Made by a program: the position numbers and the translations under genes. Source: an uncultured Alphaproteobacteria bacterium (lineage in GTDB: Bacteria; Pseudomonadota; Alphaproteobacteria; Thalassobaculales; Thalassobaculaceae). Taken from it: 41,981 nucleotides of DNA. Shown here in pieces: positions 29,178 to 39,034 of the stretch; position 1 is the first letter of the stretch; every line of letters begins with the position of its first letter. The notes below the pieces were generated by a model. It made no database searches, was not told the origin of the DNA, and worked only from the letters and a program-made list of their open reading frames with translations. Location: positions 1-41,981 of the forward strand of contig CALIMD010000152.1 in assembly GCA_938028645.1 (NCBI GenBank). The letters are read 5' to 3'.

Positions 29178-31007
29178 TTAGAAAAGTTGGGCAACCATTA
29201 TCTCAAACGCAAGTTTTCTGGCTTCCTCATGCAACCCCAACTTATTGACGCTATTAACAATTAATATTAATTCGCTCGTTGATAGGGCAGTAAAATCGGT
29301 CTTGTCTAACGAAATTAATATCAGAGTTATAGTCTCTGCTAACTTGCCTGCATTTGCCGCTATTTCTATAGAAAATTGATTGTCGAAGATAGTTTTTTTC
29401 GCTCGATTTGCGGCATTTGGTCCAATTAACGCTGCCCGTAAACTTGGCGATATGGGGTCTCCAAGAACATGCATCAAATGATATAATAAGGAGGCGGATT
29501 CTCGGGCCTTCTTTGGGTTAGTTTTTTTTATTATTTGCCACCAATTCCTCATACTATCATCGTCCCATTTAAAAACTTCATCACCCCACATAATTCTAAT
29601 TAATGGCCAATACGAATAGGCAGTTGCCATAACGGTTTGATCCATACTAGATTCACGCATGGCAAGAGAAGACCATGATCTTGCTTGTTCTACGTCGAAG
29701 TTGGCCGTGTGGAGTAATGTTGCATGTGGTGCAAACCATCCAAGCTCTGATCCAGGTTGGATTTGATCGAAAATAGGTGTGTAAAGTTCTGCCATCTCTG
29801 GAAAAAGTTTGTTTTCTTGAGCTATTGATTGGGCCCTTTGAATGGCTTGTGCTTTTCCAAAGTTGGATTCATGCCTCAGTGTTGCTCTATATAAAAGCAT
29901 TCGAGCTCTAGGTGTTTTTTCATTGAGGGCTATCGAAATGGCGTTTTCTATTTCATTTTCATTTAGTTCTGCAGATCTGTAAACTTCTGCCAAAGTTTGA
30001 ATATCAATCACTCCAAGTTTAGCTGCTCTCTCAGCTAATGATAGTCTTATCGAGTGTTCCACACCTGGATCTTGTATATAGTTAGGTAGTAACCAAGCAC
30101 TTGGAATTTTGGAAGCCAGTTTTGGTAGTTCATGTTTACTGGCTCGTAGCATGGCGACGTAAAGTGGGACTAATTTATCTACAGTAAGTTCAATGGTTCC
30201 ATCAACAAGATCACTCAGCTTTTGCATTAAACTGAAAAAGATTTCATCTTCTGCGCCAAGTTCGAGTAGCAAATTTAGGCCAAAGTCAACTTTGTCCCAA
30301 TTACTGTCGAGTGCATCGCAAAAAATAAGAGATTTTTGCCAATATTGTGAGGAGGATTTTTCAAACCAACGAGAGGTAATATCACATGCCTTATCCATTT
30401 CATTTTGTAGAAACGCGGCATCGGTCCTCAGTTTAGCCAGTTGTTCACCATGATATTCATCCGGTATGATTTTCGTCAATTTTTCAAATTCTACCAAATA
30501 CCCTGAACGAAACAACGCTTGTGCTCTCTTAAAGAGTAGACCCGTTTGCTCAGAATTTTGCCCCGTACCGGGGATTTTGGCTGTTGTCAGAAGGAGGCGT
30601 TTATACAGGTTTTGAAGGTTTCTTGAATGCAACTGACTAGGTAAAAATCTAAAGAGATTTTCTATCGTCTTCCGCGATGTGCTACCCCACATATTTTTTT
30701 TAAACCCACCTGAAGTTGAGTCTATAGTGCCAATGCTTTCGACATCTATATCTCTCAAACTACTAACTTCTATCCCTACTCTTTCCCGCAGTGTGGTTGT
30801 TTCTTTTGTGTCTGGTTGGTCTTGTACACTGACGTCAGTCGTTATTTTATTTTTTTGTTTGTCTATTGTTGTTTTTGAGGGCGTGTATGCCTTATTTGGA
30901 ATCAACGACGTTGGCGTATCTGCAAGTATTGTTGGGCTGATGACGATGGAATAAAGAATACCAAGTAAGATGAAGATATACTGTACTTTATTACGAGCGC
31001 TTCTCAT
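29178..31007 (-). CDS. secreted/periplasmic hypothetical protein (609 aa, predominantly helical)
   Basis: Long intact ORF. The N-terminal signal-like segment MRSARNKVQYIFILLGILYSIVISPTILA is followed by a Thr/Lys/Asp-rich linker. No catalytic motif was recognised. Confidence 0.7.
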   Translation of the reverse strand: MRSARNKVQYIFILLGILYSIVISPTILADTPTSLIPNKAYTPSKTTIDKQKNKITTDVSVQDQPDTKETTTLRERVGIEVSSLRDIDVESIGTIDSTSGGFKKNMWGSTSRKTIENLFRFLPSQLHSRNLQNLYKRLLLTTAKIPGTGQNSEQTGLLFKRAQALFRSGYLVEFEKLTKIIPDEYHGEQLAKLRTDAAFLQNEMDKACDITSRWFEKSSSQYWQKSLIFCDALDSNWDKVDFGLNLLLELGAEDEIFFSLMQKLSDLVDGTIELTVDKLVPLYVAMLRASKHELPKLASKIPSAWLLPNYIQDPGVEHSIRLSLAERAAKLGVIDIQTLAEVYRSAELNENEIENAISIALNEKTPRARMLLYRATLRHESNFGKAQAIQRAQSIAQENKLFPEMAELYTPIFDQIQPGSELGWFAPHATLLHTANFDVEQARSWSSLAMRESSMDQTVMATAYSYWPLIRIMWGDEVFKWDDDSMRNWWQIIKKTNPKKARESASLLYHLMHVLGDPISPSLRAALIGPNAANRAKKTIFDNQFSIEIAANAGKLAETITLILISLDKTDFTALSTSELILIVNSVNKLGLHEEARKLAFEIMVAQLF

Positions 31008-31125
31008 TAGAAATATCTCTTTCTATCGAAGTAACTGGGGCAGGAATGTCCCACACAGCCAAGAAAAATAATCCCCCTAACAATGTTAAAGAAATCAAAA
31101 TTAAAACCATTAATGCAGACTTCAT
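30991..31125 (-). CDS. possible 44-aa single-TM protein coupled to the 609-aa ORF
   Basis: MKSALMVLILISLTLLGGLFFLAVWDIPAPVTSIERDISNEKRS. Its 3' end overlaps the start of the downstream 609-aa ORF by 17 nt. The ORF-track version (to 31188) adds 21 implausible residues. Confidence 0.35.
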   Translation of the reverse strand: MKSALMVLILISLTLLGGLFFLAVWDIPAPVTSIERDISNEKRS

Positions 31126-31340
31126 ATTTAAACCCGATGAGTGGCGTCTTATATATCTATGATAGCAGTTTATAAATATACAAATCAAACAGAGAGTAGT
31201 TTGTTTTTTTATTTTGCTTCCTTTTGAAGCTCACTAGATGTATTCGCGATAACATTCTTTGTATTTACTCAATATGTTGATTATGCTGAAAGTTGAAAAG
31301 TTAGTTGGTTATAAGAATAAAGGTCATTATTTAAAATTAC

Positions 31341-31928
31341 TTGGTATGGGGTCTAGTGAGCAAAAGTAACTCTGGAAGAAAATATCATGGTCAATTCCAA
31401 AAACCTATTGTTTTGGTTGGATTAATGGGGGCTGGGAAAACTAGTATAGGTCGGAAATTAGCTGAGCGAATGCAAGTTTCATTCGTCGATGCGGATCATG
31501 AAATAGAAAAGGCTGCTGGCTGTACCATAACGGAGTTTTTCGAAAAATTTGGCGAAAAGGAATTTAGAAGAGGGGAAAAACGAGTAATAGAAAGACTTCT
31601 AAAATCTTGGCCTTGTATATTGGCGACTGGCGGCGGCGCGTTTATGGACCCAGAAACGCGTGCCATGATAAAAAATACAGCGATATCTATATGGCTCAAT
31701 GCCGATTTGGATACTTTGGATCATAGATTAGCACGACGATCCGGGCGTCCTTTACTGCAAACTAAAAATCCTCGCGCGACACTTCAGTCACTTATTGAGA
31801 AGCGGTATCCAATTTATGCAGAGGCCGATATGATTGTTAATACAGTAAGTGGTTCGATCGATGTGACCGTTGATAAAGTGTGTGAATCTATTACTGATTA
31901 TTTCTCTTTAACGTATGAGCAAAAATAA
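31341..31928 (+). CDS. aroK: shikimate kinase
   Basis: P-loop LVGLMGAGKTSIGRKLA, DADHEIE, ATGGGAF. The start is TTG 31341 or GTG 31356. The stop overlaps the aroB ATG (TAATG). Confidence 0.9.
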   Translation: MVWGLVSKSNSGRKYHGQFQKPIVLVGLMGAGKTSIGRKLAERMQVSFVDADHEIEKAAGCTITEFFEKFGEKEFRRGEKRVIERLLKSWPCILATGGGAFMDPETRAMIKNTAISIWLNADLDTLDHRLARRSGRPLLQTKNPRATLQSLIEKRYPIYAEADMIVNTVSGSIDVTVDKVCESITDYFSLTYEQK

Positions 31929-33052
31929 TGGACTCAATCGAGGTTATTCCCGTAAATCTTGGCGACCGTAGTTACGAGATCTTTGTAGGAACTAAGATGC
32001 TCGAGGATATAGGAGAAACAATACAAAAAAAATGCGGTCAAAGAAAGATTCTTATAGTCACAGATCAAGACGTGGCGTCACTCTGGTTGAATACTGTTGT
32101 CGATTCATTAAAAAGAAATAGCCTCGACTTTGAAGTAGCATGCGTGCCCGCGGGAGAGAGCAGCAAATCATTCTATCAATTAGAATCTCTCCTAGATAAA
32201 TTCTTTGAAGCCCAATTAGCTCGAGACGGATTAATCCTAGCATTGGGTGGCGGTGTAGTAGGTGATCTAGCGGGTTTCGCGGCGGCAATTGCATTGCGGG
32301 GGATTGATTTTATCCAAGTGCCGACCACGTTGTTGGCGCAGGTTGATAGTTCAGTAGGTGGGAAGACGGGTATTAATACAAGTCGAGGAAAAAACTTAGC
32401 TGGTAGTTTCTATCAGCCTAAACTGGTTATAATTGATACTGGAGTTTTAGATAGCTTGCCAAAACGTCAATTGCTGGCAGGTTATGCGGAAATAGTTAAA
32501 TATGGATTGATCAAAAACAAGCCTTTTTTTGAGTGGCTTGAAATGAACGGTCAAAAAGTCATATCAGGTGATTCAAAGGCACGGCAAATTGCCATTGTTG
32601 AAAGTTGCAAGACAAAAGCCATGATTGTTGGACAAGATGAAAGAGAAGCTGGGGAGAGGGCGCTTTTAAATTTTGGTCATACTTTTGGTCATGCTTTCGA
32701 GGCAGAGGCTAGATATAATGGCGAATTGTTGCATGGGGAAGCTGTTGCACTTGGCATCGTAGCCGCTATGAATTTATCAAAAACTATGGGTTTTCTTAAT
32801 GGCCAAGAAGTAGACAGAGTGATCCGCCACTTTAAAACAGTGGGGCTCCCAATAAATTTAAATTTTATTGATAAGTTTTCAGAGTGGAATGTGGATGATT
32901 TAATTGACCATATGAGGCACGATAAAAAAGTTCTAAAAGGAAAAATGAGATTTATTTTACTTAGAGAAATAGGAACTAGTTTTATTACATCAGACATCAT
33001 GCCAGAAAAAGTTGCCCAAATCCTCACAAAATCTATAGAGGGGAAATTGTAG
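31928..33052 (+). CDS. aroB: 3-dehydroquinate synthase
   Basis: LGGGVVGDLAGFAAA, VPTTLLAQVDSSVGGKTGIN, LNFGHTFGHA. 374 aa. Confidence 0.95.
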   Translation: MDSIEVIPVNLGDRSYEIFVGTKMLEDIGETIQKKCGQRKILIVTDQDVASLWLNTVVDSLKRNSLDFEVACVPAGESSKSFYQLESLLDKFFEAQLARDGLILALGGGVVGDLAGFAAAIALRGIDFIQVPTTLLAQVDSSVGGKTGINTSRGKNLAGSFYQPKLVIIDTGVLDSLPKRQLLAGYAEIVKYGLIKNKPFFEWLEMNGQKVISGDSKARQIAIVESCKTKAMIVGQDEREAGERALLNFGHTFGHAFEAEARYNGELLHGEAVALGIVAAMNLSKTMGFLNGQEVDRVIRHFKTVGLPINLNFIDKFSEWNVDDLIDHMRHDKKVLKGKMRFILLREIGTSFITSDIMPEKVAQILTKSIEGKL

Positions 33053-33101
33053 CATTATTCCTAACACTATATAATTTGAATATCTACTATAAGAGGGTCC
33101 A

Positions 33102-34403
33102 ATGATTGAAATAACTGGTATGAACGAAACGTTATTTCTCGGCGTTTTAGTTATTACTATACTTTTATTTTTGTCAGCATTTTTCTCGGGATCGGAGACA
33201 GCCTTAACCGCGGCCTCTGATGCCAGGCTGCATCAACTGTCTCTACAGGGCAACCGCCGAGCTAGTATTGTGTTGAGGCTTAGAAGACAAAACGAAACAT
33301 TAATTGGTGCAATACTTATCGGAAATAATATCACCAACATAGCTGCATCTGCACTGGCAACAAGTATTTTGATATCTTTATTTGATGAGGCTGGTGTCGC
33401 CTATGCAATGATTGCAATGACCATTTTAGTCGTGATTTTTGCAGAGGTTCTGCCAAAAACATTTGCTATAAATAATGCTGATAAGTCAGCCTTACTAGTG
33501 GCGCCAATTATTAGGGTTTTTGTTTGGTGTTTAAGACCATTAAGCATTACCGTTAGATTGATAGTTAACGGGGTTTTTCGTGTTTTTGGTGCTAAAATTT
33601 ACGCTAAATTTGGGCAAGAAGAAAGAGAGGAGGAATTAAGAGGCTTAATTGAATTACACAGGGGACCAGGACCAGAGGTAAGCGAGGAAAGGGCCATGCT
33701 TCGCAGTATACTTGACTTAGGGGAGGTTTCGGTTGAGGAAATAATGACGCATAGAAGAAATGTTATCATGATTGACTCGGATTTGCCCGTAGAGAAAATT
33801 TTAGACGAATTGACCGAAAGCCCCTTTACGCGGTTACCATTATTTCGAGGGGACCAGGACGAAATAATAGGAATTCTGCATGGTAAGGCGTTACTGAGGG
33901 CTATCAGAAATCATAAAGGCCAAGATATGTCTGAACTTGATATAGTCTCTGTTGCAAATCCACCTTGGTTTATCCCGGATTCAACCAATCTTCTAGATCA
34001 ACTTCAGGCTTTTCGAACTCGGAGGGAACATTTTGCGGTCGTGGTCGATGAGTATGGAACACTTCAAGGTGTTGTTACACTTGAGGATATTTTGGAGGAA
34101 ATAGTTGGTGATATAGATGACGAGAACGATATCTCAGTTGCTGGGGTTCGAGCTCAATCTGACGGTTCGTATCTCGTAGATGGTACCGTGACGCTGAGAG
34201 ACTTGAACCGCGAATTGGATTGGAATTTGCCGGATGAACATGCCTCAACCGTTGCAGGGTTGATCTTGCACGAGGCTAGGGTAATTCCCTCAATTGGCCA
34301 TGAATTTTTGTTTCACGGATTTAGGTTTAAAATTTTGCGCCGTCATAGAAATCAGATAACACAGATACGAATTTGGTCACGGAAGACTGCGGTAGAGAAA
34401 TAA
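33102..34403 (+). CDS. HlyC/CorC family transporter (DUF21 + CBS pair + CorC_HlyC domain)
   Basis: N-terminal 4-TM DUF21 with SGSETALTA, a central CBS pair (IMTHRRNV..., VVDEYGTLQGVVTLEDILEEIVG), and a C-terminal transporter-associated domain. Confidence 0.9.
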   Translation: MIEITGMNETLFLGVLVITILLFLSAFFSGSETALTAASDARLHQLSLQGNRRASIVLRLRRQNETLIGAILIGNNITNIAASALATSILISLFDEAGVAYAMIAMTILVVIFAEVLPKTFAINNADKSALLVAPIIRVFVWCLRPLSITVRLIVNGVFRVFGAKIYAKFGQEEREEELRGLIELHRGPGPEVSEERAMLRSILDLGEVSVEEIMTHRRNVIMIDSDLPVEKILDELTESPFTRLPLFRGDQDEIIGILHGKALLRAIRNHKGQDMSELDIVSVANPPWFIPDSTNLLDQLQAFRTRREHFAVVVDEYGTLQGVVTLEDILEEIVGDIDDENDISVAGVRAQSDGSYLVDGTVTLRDLNRELDWNLPDEHASTVAGLILHEARVIPSIGHEFLFHGFRFKILRRHRNQITQIRIWSRKTAVEK

Positions 34404-34491
34404 GTCACGTCTCTAAAGAAATTAAGTCTAAGCTTTTCCTTTCTTTTAAAAAAATAGATTCATTAATTATATTGTATAATGGAACGTCTCA

Positions 34492-35073
34492 ATGCCTCTC
34501 ACATCTCCTAGTCCTAGAAAACCCCTTCATGATAGAAAAATTAGCTGTACTGGTTTTCATAGGAGAGATGGTTTGTGGGACATTGAGGGGCGATTAACAG
34601 ACAGAAAAAACTATTCTTTTGAAAATGAGAATAGGGGGCAGGTAAATGCAGGGGAGCCTATCCATGATATGTGGATACGAGTAACTCTCGATGACAATTT
34701 ACTTATAATAAATGTCGAAGCGGCAACTGACGCAAGTCCCTACTCAATTTGTCCAGACATTACTAAAAATTTTGATCGTCTCAAAGGGATTACGATAGAG
34801 CCTGGGTGGAGAAGATTAGTTCAGAGCCGAGTGGGGGGTGTCCATGGCTGTACACATCTGGTTGAGCTACTTGGGCCAATAGCAACCACTGCCTATCAAA
34901 CTATTTTCTCCAAAAAGGCAGAGAACATTAAGAGCTCAAAATTAAACCAAAACCAAATTGATACAGAAGAAAAAGCAAACACAAGTCAGCCAAAACTTTT
35001 AAACACGTGTTACGCTTTTAGTGAAACTAGTACAGTGGTAAAAAAAAGATGGCCCAACTATTATAAAGGTTAA
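34492..35073 (+). CDS. DUF2889-like protein
   Basis: 193 aa. GLWDIEGRLTDRK and VGGVHGCTHLVELLGP resemble the DUF2889 family as I recall it. Function unknown. Confidence 0.55.
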   Translation: MPLTSPSPRKPLHDRKISCTGFHRRDGLWDIEGRLTDRKNYSFENENRGQVNAGEPIHDMWIRVTLDDNLLIINVEAATDASPYSICPDITKNFDRLKGITIEPGWRRLVQSRVGGVHGCTHLVELLGPIATTAYQTIFSKKAENIKSSKLNQNQIDTEEKANTSQPKLLNTCYAFSETSTVVKKRWPNYYKG

Positions 35074-35081
35074 AAAGCCGC

Positions 35082-35336
35082 TCAAATGGCTTCTATGCTG
35101 AGTGCATGTACTGGACCTGCGAGCTCATCTGCCAACACTCGGTATATTTCGCGTTGTTTTTCGATACGTGTTTTTCCTGAAAAGAAATCAGATGATATAA
35201 TTAAACGAAAATGTGTTTCGCCTTCAGGTCGTGCTCCCACATGTCCTGCATGCAGATGGGATTCATCAATCACATTTAACTCGGTGGGTTCAAATGCTTC
35301 AACAAGTTTTTTTTTGATTGTTTCGGAAACGGACAT
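35082..35336 (-). CDS. bolA: BolA family protein
   Basis: 84 aa with DESHLHAGH...ETHF...S..F.GK.R..RQR.IY..L...VHALSI, the BolA signature. Confidence 0.85.
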   Translation of the reverse strand: MSVSETIKKKLVEAFEPTELNVIDESHLHAGHVGARPEGETHFRLIISSDFFSGKTRIEKQREIYRVLADELAGPVHALSIEAI

Positions 35337-35442
35337 TATATTTCTCCATATAATCTTCTGAGATCATTACCCCAATGGCATGCTGAAGCTATTATGACAA
35401 TGTTTTTTAACTTAAGAAGTTTAGGGTGGATGGATTAAATTA

Positions 35443-36030
35443 TTGTTTAACTCAAGCAAAGATAGGCGTGTCAAAGAAGCCTTGCGTTTAAAAGATTATG
35501 ACGAAGATGAGCAAAGCGGTTGTTGTGCTCACCCAGGCTGTCTAGAGGACGGTGTGTATAAAGCCCCTAAATCAAGATTGCAGCTTAGGAACTATCACTA
35601 TTTTTGTCTTGAACATGTCCGAGAGTATAATAAAGCATGGAATTATCATAAAGGGCTAGACGAGCAACAAGTCGAAAATTCTATCCGTCGTTCCACAACT
35701 TGGGACCGACCCAGTTGGCCGTTTGGGACAAGACATAAAATGTTCCAGAGTTTTGTAAAAGGAAACGTCACAGACAACTTTGATTTTTTTGAAAGGGATA
35801 GTTTTTCTAGAAATAATGGGGAACCCAATAAAAAGTTTAACGCAGATCAGTTAGACGCACTTGACATAATGGGTTTAAAACCGCCTATAGATATTCTTAA
35901 ATTAAAATCACAATACAAATATTTAGTTAAAATACACCACCCAGACCGTAATGGTGGTGATAGAAAAGCAGAAGAGAGGTTGAAATTAATTAATGAGGCG
36001 TATACCACACTAAAACAGGTTTTATCTTAA
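35443..36030 (+). CDS. J-domain protein with N-terminal Cys/His cluster
   Basis: C-terminal J domain with HPD (YKYLVKIHHPDRNGGD). N-terminal CCAHPGC...FCLEHVREYN zinc-finger-like block. Only TTG starts (35443 or 35482) precede the conserved block. Confidence 0.8.
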   Translation: MFNSSKDRRVKEALRLKDYDEDEQSGCCAHPGCLEDGVYKAPKSRLQLRNYHYFCLEHVREYNKAWNYHKGLDEQQVENSIRRSTTWDRPSWPFGTRHKMFQSFVKGNVTDNFDFFERDSFSRNNGEPNKKFNADQLDALDIMGLKPPIDILKLKSQYKYLVKIHHPDRNGGDRKAEERLKLINEAYTTLKQVLS

Positions 36031-36090
36031 CTTTCACCGATGACCAAAAATTTCTGGTCTACTACATTTTAATCCCAACAAATATGGATA

Positions 36091-37107
36091 ATGGCCATGT
36101 CGGCAACAGATAATAATGAACGAAAACTTGCGCATCATATAACGGCACCAGATGTCGAAGTTTCTGTGCGAGAAAAATTTGGTATTGATCTTGATATGAA
36201 AGTCCCAGCTTTCAGTGAACCCAGTGAGTATGTCCCTATGATAGATGATACTTACCTCTTTGATAAAGAGACTACCATGGCTATCTTGGCGGGGTTTTCG
36301 CATAATAGACGAGTTATGATTCAGGGGTACCATGGAACAGGTAAGTCCACACATATTGAACAAGTAGCAGCGCGACTGAATTGGCCGTGCATTAGGGTTA
36401 ACTTGGACAGCCATATAAGCCGGATTGATTTAATAGGAAAAGATGCAATTGTCCTTCGAGATAGTAAACAGGTAACTGAGTTTCGGGAAGGAATTTTGCC
36501 TTGGTCGTTGCAAAATTCGGTTGCGTTAGTTTTCGATGAATATGATGCGGGACGGGCAGATGTCATGTTTGTTATACAGCGGGTTTTAGAGCAGGATGGA
36601 AGGATGACACTGCTCGATACCAACAAAGTAATAACCCCAAACCCGTGTTTCCGCTTATTTGCGACGGCCAACACTGTTGGTTTAGGTGACACGACCGGAT
36701 TGTATCATGGGACTCAGCAGATTAACCAGGGTCAAATGGATCGTTGGAATATAGTTACTACTTTAAATTACCTTAGTCATGAGGCCGAGTGTGGCATCAT
36801 TCTCTCAAAATCCCCGACCTACGACTCCAAAGATGGTCGGTCCCAGATTGAATCGATGGTGGCACTAGCTGATTTAACAAGGCAAGGATTTATGGCGGGT
36901 GATATATCGACGGTGATGTCGCCAAGAACGGTCATAACATGGGCGGAAAATGCAAAAATCTTCTCAGGCGACATTGGATTCGCCTTTCGGGTCAGCTTTC
37001 TTAACAAATGTGACGAGGTGGAACGGGCAACCGTAAGTGAATACTATCAGCGTTGCTTTGGGGAAGAATTACCAACGGGAAGTATTGCGTCAGCTACAGC
37101 TGAATAA
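36091..37107 (+). CDS. cobS: CobS-type AAA+ (MoxR-like) ATPase, annotated as the aerobic cobaltochelatase small subunit
   Basis: Walker [14 protein letters not shown], Walker B LVFDEYD, 338 aa. Immediately followed by cobT. Confidence 0.85.
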   Translation: MAMSATDNNERKLAHHITAPDVEVSVREKFGIDLDMKVPAFSEPSEYVPMIDDTYLFDKETTMAILAGFSHNRRVMIQGYHGTGKSTHIEQVAARLNWPCIRVNLDSHISRIDLIGKDAIVLRDSKQVTEFREGILPWSLQNSVALVFDEYDAGRADVMFVIQRVLEQDGRMTLLDTNKVITPNPCFRLFATANTVGLGDTTGLYHGTQQINQGQMDRWNIVTTLNYLSHEAECGIILSKSPTYDSKDGRSQIESMVALADLTRQGFMAGDISTVMSPRTVITWAENAKIFSGDIGFAFRVSFLNKCDEVERATVSEYYQRCFGEELPTGSIASATAE

Positions 37108-37127
37108 GTATAGAATGGAGGCTCTAT

Positions 37128-39026
37128 ATGGTGGAGTCATCGAGGGATGATGAACATCCGGTAGAGGTGTTTAAAAGATCTACAGCAGCTTGTGTTCGTG
37201 CCATGTCTGGAGAAAGAGAGCTCGAGGTAACTTACGGTGCAGAAACACCAAGTATGTCGGGAGAAAAGGTTCGACTGCCTCTTCCTCCGCGTGATCTAGA
37301 TCCGTTGGAAGTAGCTAAAGTTAGAGGTGAAGCTGATAGTCTCTCGCTTAAAAAGCGATATCATGATCAAAACGTTCACGCAGCTCGCATGCCCTCGAAC
37401 CAGGCGGCGCGGGAAATTTTTGACGCAGTAGAGCAAGCTCGTGTGGAAGCTATTGGAGCTAACCGTATGGCGGGAGTAGCTCAAAATTTAGAAACAGCGC
37501 TGGACGATAGATATCGAAGACGAGGTTTTGAACGTATTAGTGACAAAGATGATGCGGCTTTAACGGATGTCATACACTTGCTCGCCAGAGAGGCATTGAC
37601 TGGGCAGTCCCCACCTCCATCTACTCGAAGAGTGGTAGATCTTTGGCGACCGTGGGTTCAATCAAAATTAGGTAACACACTAAACGAATTAGAAGCATTT
37701 GTTGCCGATCAAGATGCATATGCAGACCATGCACGTCAGCTGATAATGGACTTAGATTTGGAGGTTGGTGAAGAGGGTTTAGCAGATGATGAGTCGAGCG
37801 ATAGTCAGGATGATAGCGAAGGCGGTGACTCAGATGAGATGAATGACTCTGGAACTCAAGGTGCAAGTGAAGATGGAGATGAGTCGGAAATGCTTCCATC
37901 CGAAATGGAGGCTGGCGATGAGTCGGCTGATGGCGAAGATGGTGAAGATATGGACATGGAACCGGGAGGTGGTGATGAAGAACCAGCGAATCCAAGTACT
38001 CCGCCTATGTTCCACAATTCGGATGATGCACAAAAGGCTATTTATAAAGTTTTCACGACAACCAATGATGAAATCATTCCAGCCTCTGAACTTTGCGATC
38101 CAGAGGAGTTAACAAGGTTACGCGCGCTATTAGACCAACAGTTAAGCCATCTTCAAGGATTAATTGGGAAACTTGCAAATCGTCTCCAGCGTAAATTGCT
38201 TGCGCAGCAAAATCGTTCGTGGCTTTTTGATTTAGACGAAGGTATTTTGGATGCAGGAAGATTGTCGCGGGTTGTGACAGCGCCACTTTTCCCTCTTTCG
38301 TATAAAATGGAGAAAGATACAGAGTTTAGAGATACAGTGGTCTCACTTTTAATCGATAATTCTGGCTCTATGCGGGGACGACCTATAACGATAGCTGCTA
38401 TGAGCGCAGATATTTTAGCAAGAACGCTAGAACGATGCGGAGTGAAAGTTGAGATTCTAGGATTTACAACTAAACAGTGGAAGGGTGGGGCTTCTAGAGA
38501 GAAATGGATAAGTGATGGAAAACCACAAAACCCGGGTAGATTGAATGATTTAAGGCATATAGTCTATAAATCGGCTGACTCCCCTTGGCGCCATGCCAGA
38601 AAAGCGCTCGGTTTAATGTTGCGTGAGGGAATACTCAAAGAAAATATTGATGGTGAAGCTTTGATGTGGGCGCATCAGAGGTTGCTGGCTCGCCCGGAAG
38701 AGAGACGTATTTTGATGGTCATCTCTGATGGCGCTCCCGTGGATGATTCAACACTTTCCGTAAACCCGGGAAATTATTTAGAGAAACATTTGAGAGAAAC
38801 GATACAATTTATTGAGACCCGTTCTCCTGTAGAGTTAGTCGCAATAGGAATTGGACACGACGTGACGCGTTACTACAGAAGAGCGGTCACAATCGTCGAT
38901 GCCGAACAATTAGGTGGTACAATGATGAACCAGCTTGCAGATTTATTTGATGAGGATGATAACGGAAATCGTTCTGGCAGGACAAGAAGGCGTAAAGACA
39001 ACAAATCCAGCCTGGGCAGGGTCTGA
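37128..39026 (+). CDS. cobT: CobT-type protein with central acidic tract and C-terminal vWA domain
   Basis: 632 aa. D/E/S-rich tract at about 37749-37982. vWA MIDAS motif [11 protein letters not shown] and [12 protein letters not shown]. Confidence 0.85.
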   Translation: MVESSRDDEHPVEVFKRSTAACVRAMSGERELEVTYGAETPSMSGEKVRLPLPPRDLDPLEVAKVRGEADSLSLKKRYHDQNVHAARMPSNQAAREIFDAVEQARVEAIGANRMAGVAQNLETALDDRYRRRGFERISDKDDAALTDVIHLLAREALTGQSPPPSTRRVVDLWRPWVQSKLGNTLNELEAFVADQDAYADHARQLIMDLDLEVGEEGLADDESSDSQDDSEGGDSDEMNDSGTQGASEDGDESEMLPSEMEAGDESADGEDGEDMDMEPGGGDEEPANPSTPPMFHNSDDAQKAIYKVFTTTNDEIIPASELCDPEELTRLRALLDQQLSHLQGLIGKLANRLQRKLLAQQNRSWLFDLDEGILDAGRLSRVVTAPLFPLSYKMEKDTEFRDTVVSLLIDNSGSMRGRPITIAAMSADILARTLERCGVKVEILGFTTKQWKGGASREKWISDGKPQNPGRLNDLRHIVYKSADSPWRHARKALGLMLREGILKENIDGEALMWAHQRLLARPEERRILMVISDGAPVDDSTLSVNPGNYLEKHLRETIQFIETRSPVELVAIGIGHDVTRYYRRAVTIVDAEQLGGTMMNQLADLFDEDDNGNRSGRTRRRKDNKSSLGRV

Positions 39027-39034
39027 TTAAAATT

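Noticed and set aside
37621-38112. Antisense and alternative-frame ORFs with HLHLHLH-type repeats opposite cobT
   Set aside because: They mirror the GAT/GAA/GAG-rich codons of the CobT acidic tract (about 37749-37982). An acidic linker is a usual CobT feature, and nothing indicates an independent gene or DNA-level tandem repeat.
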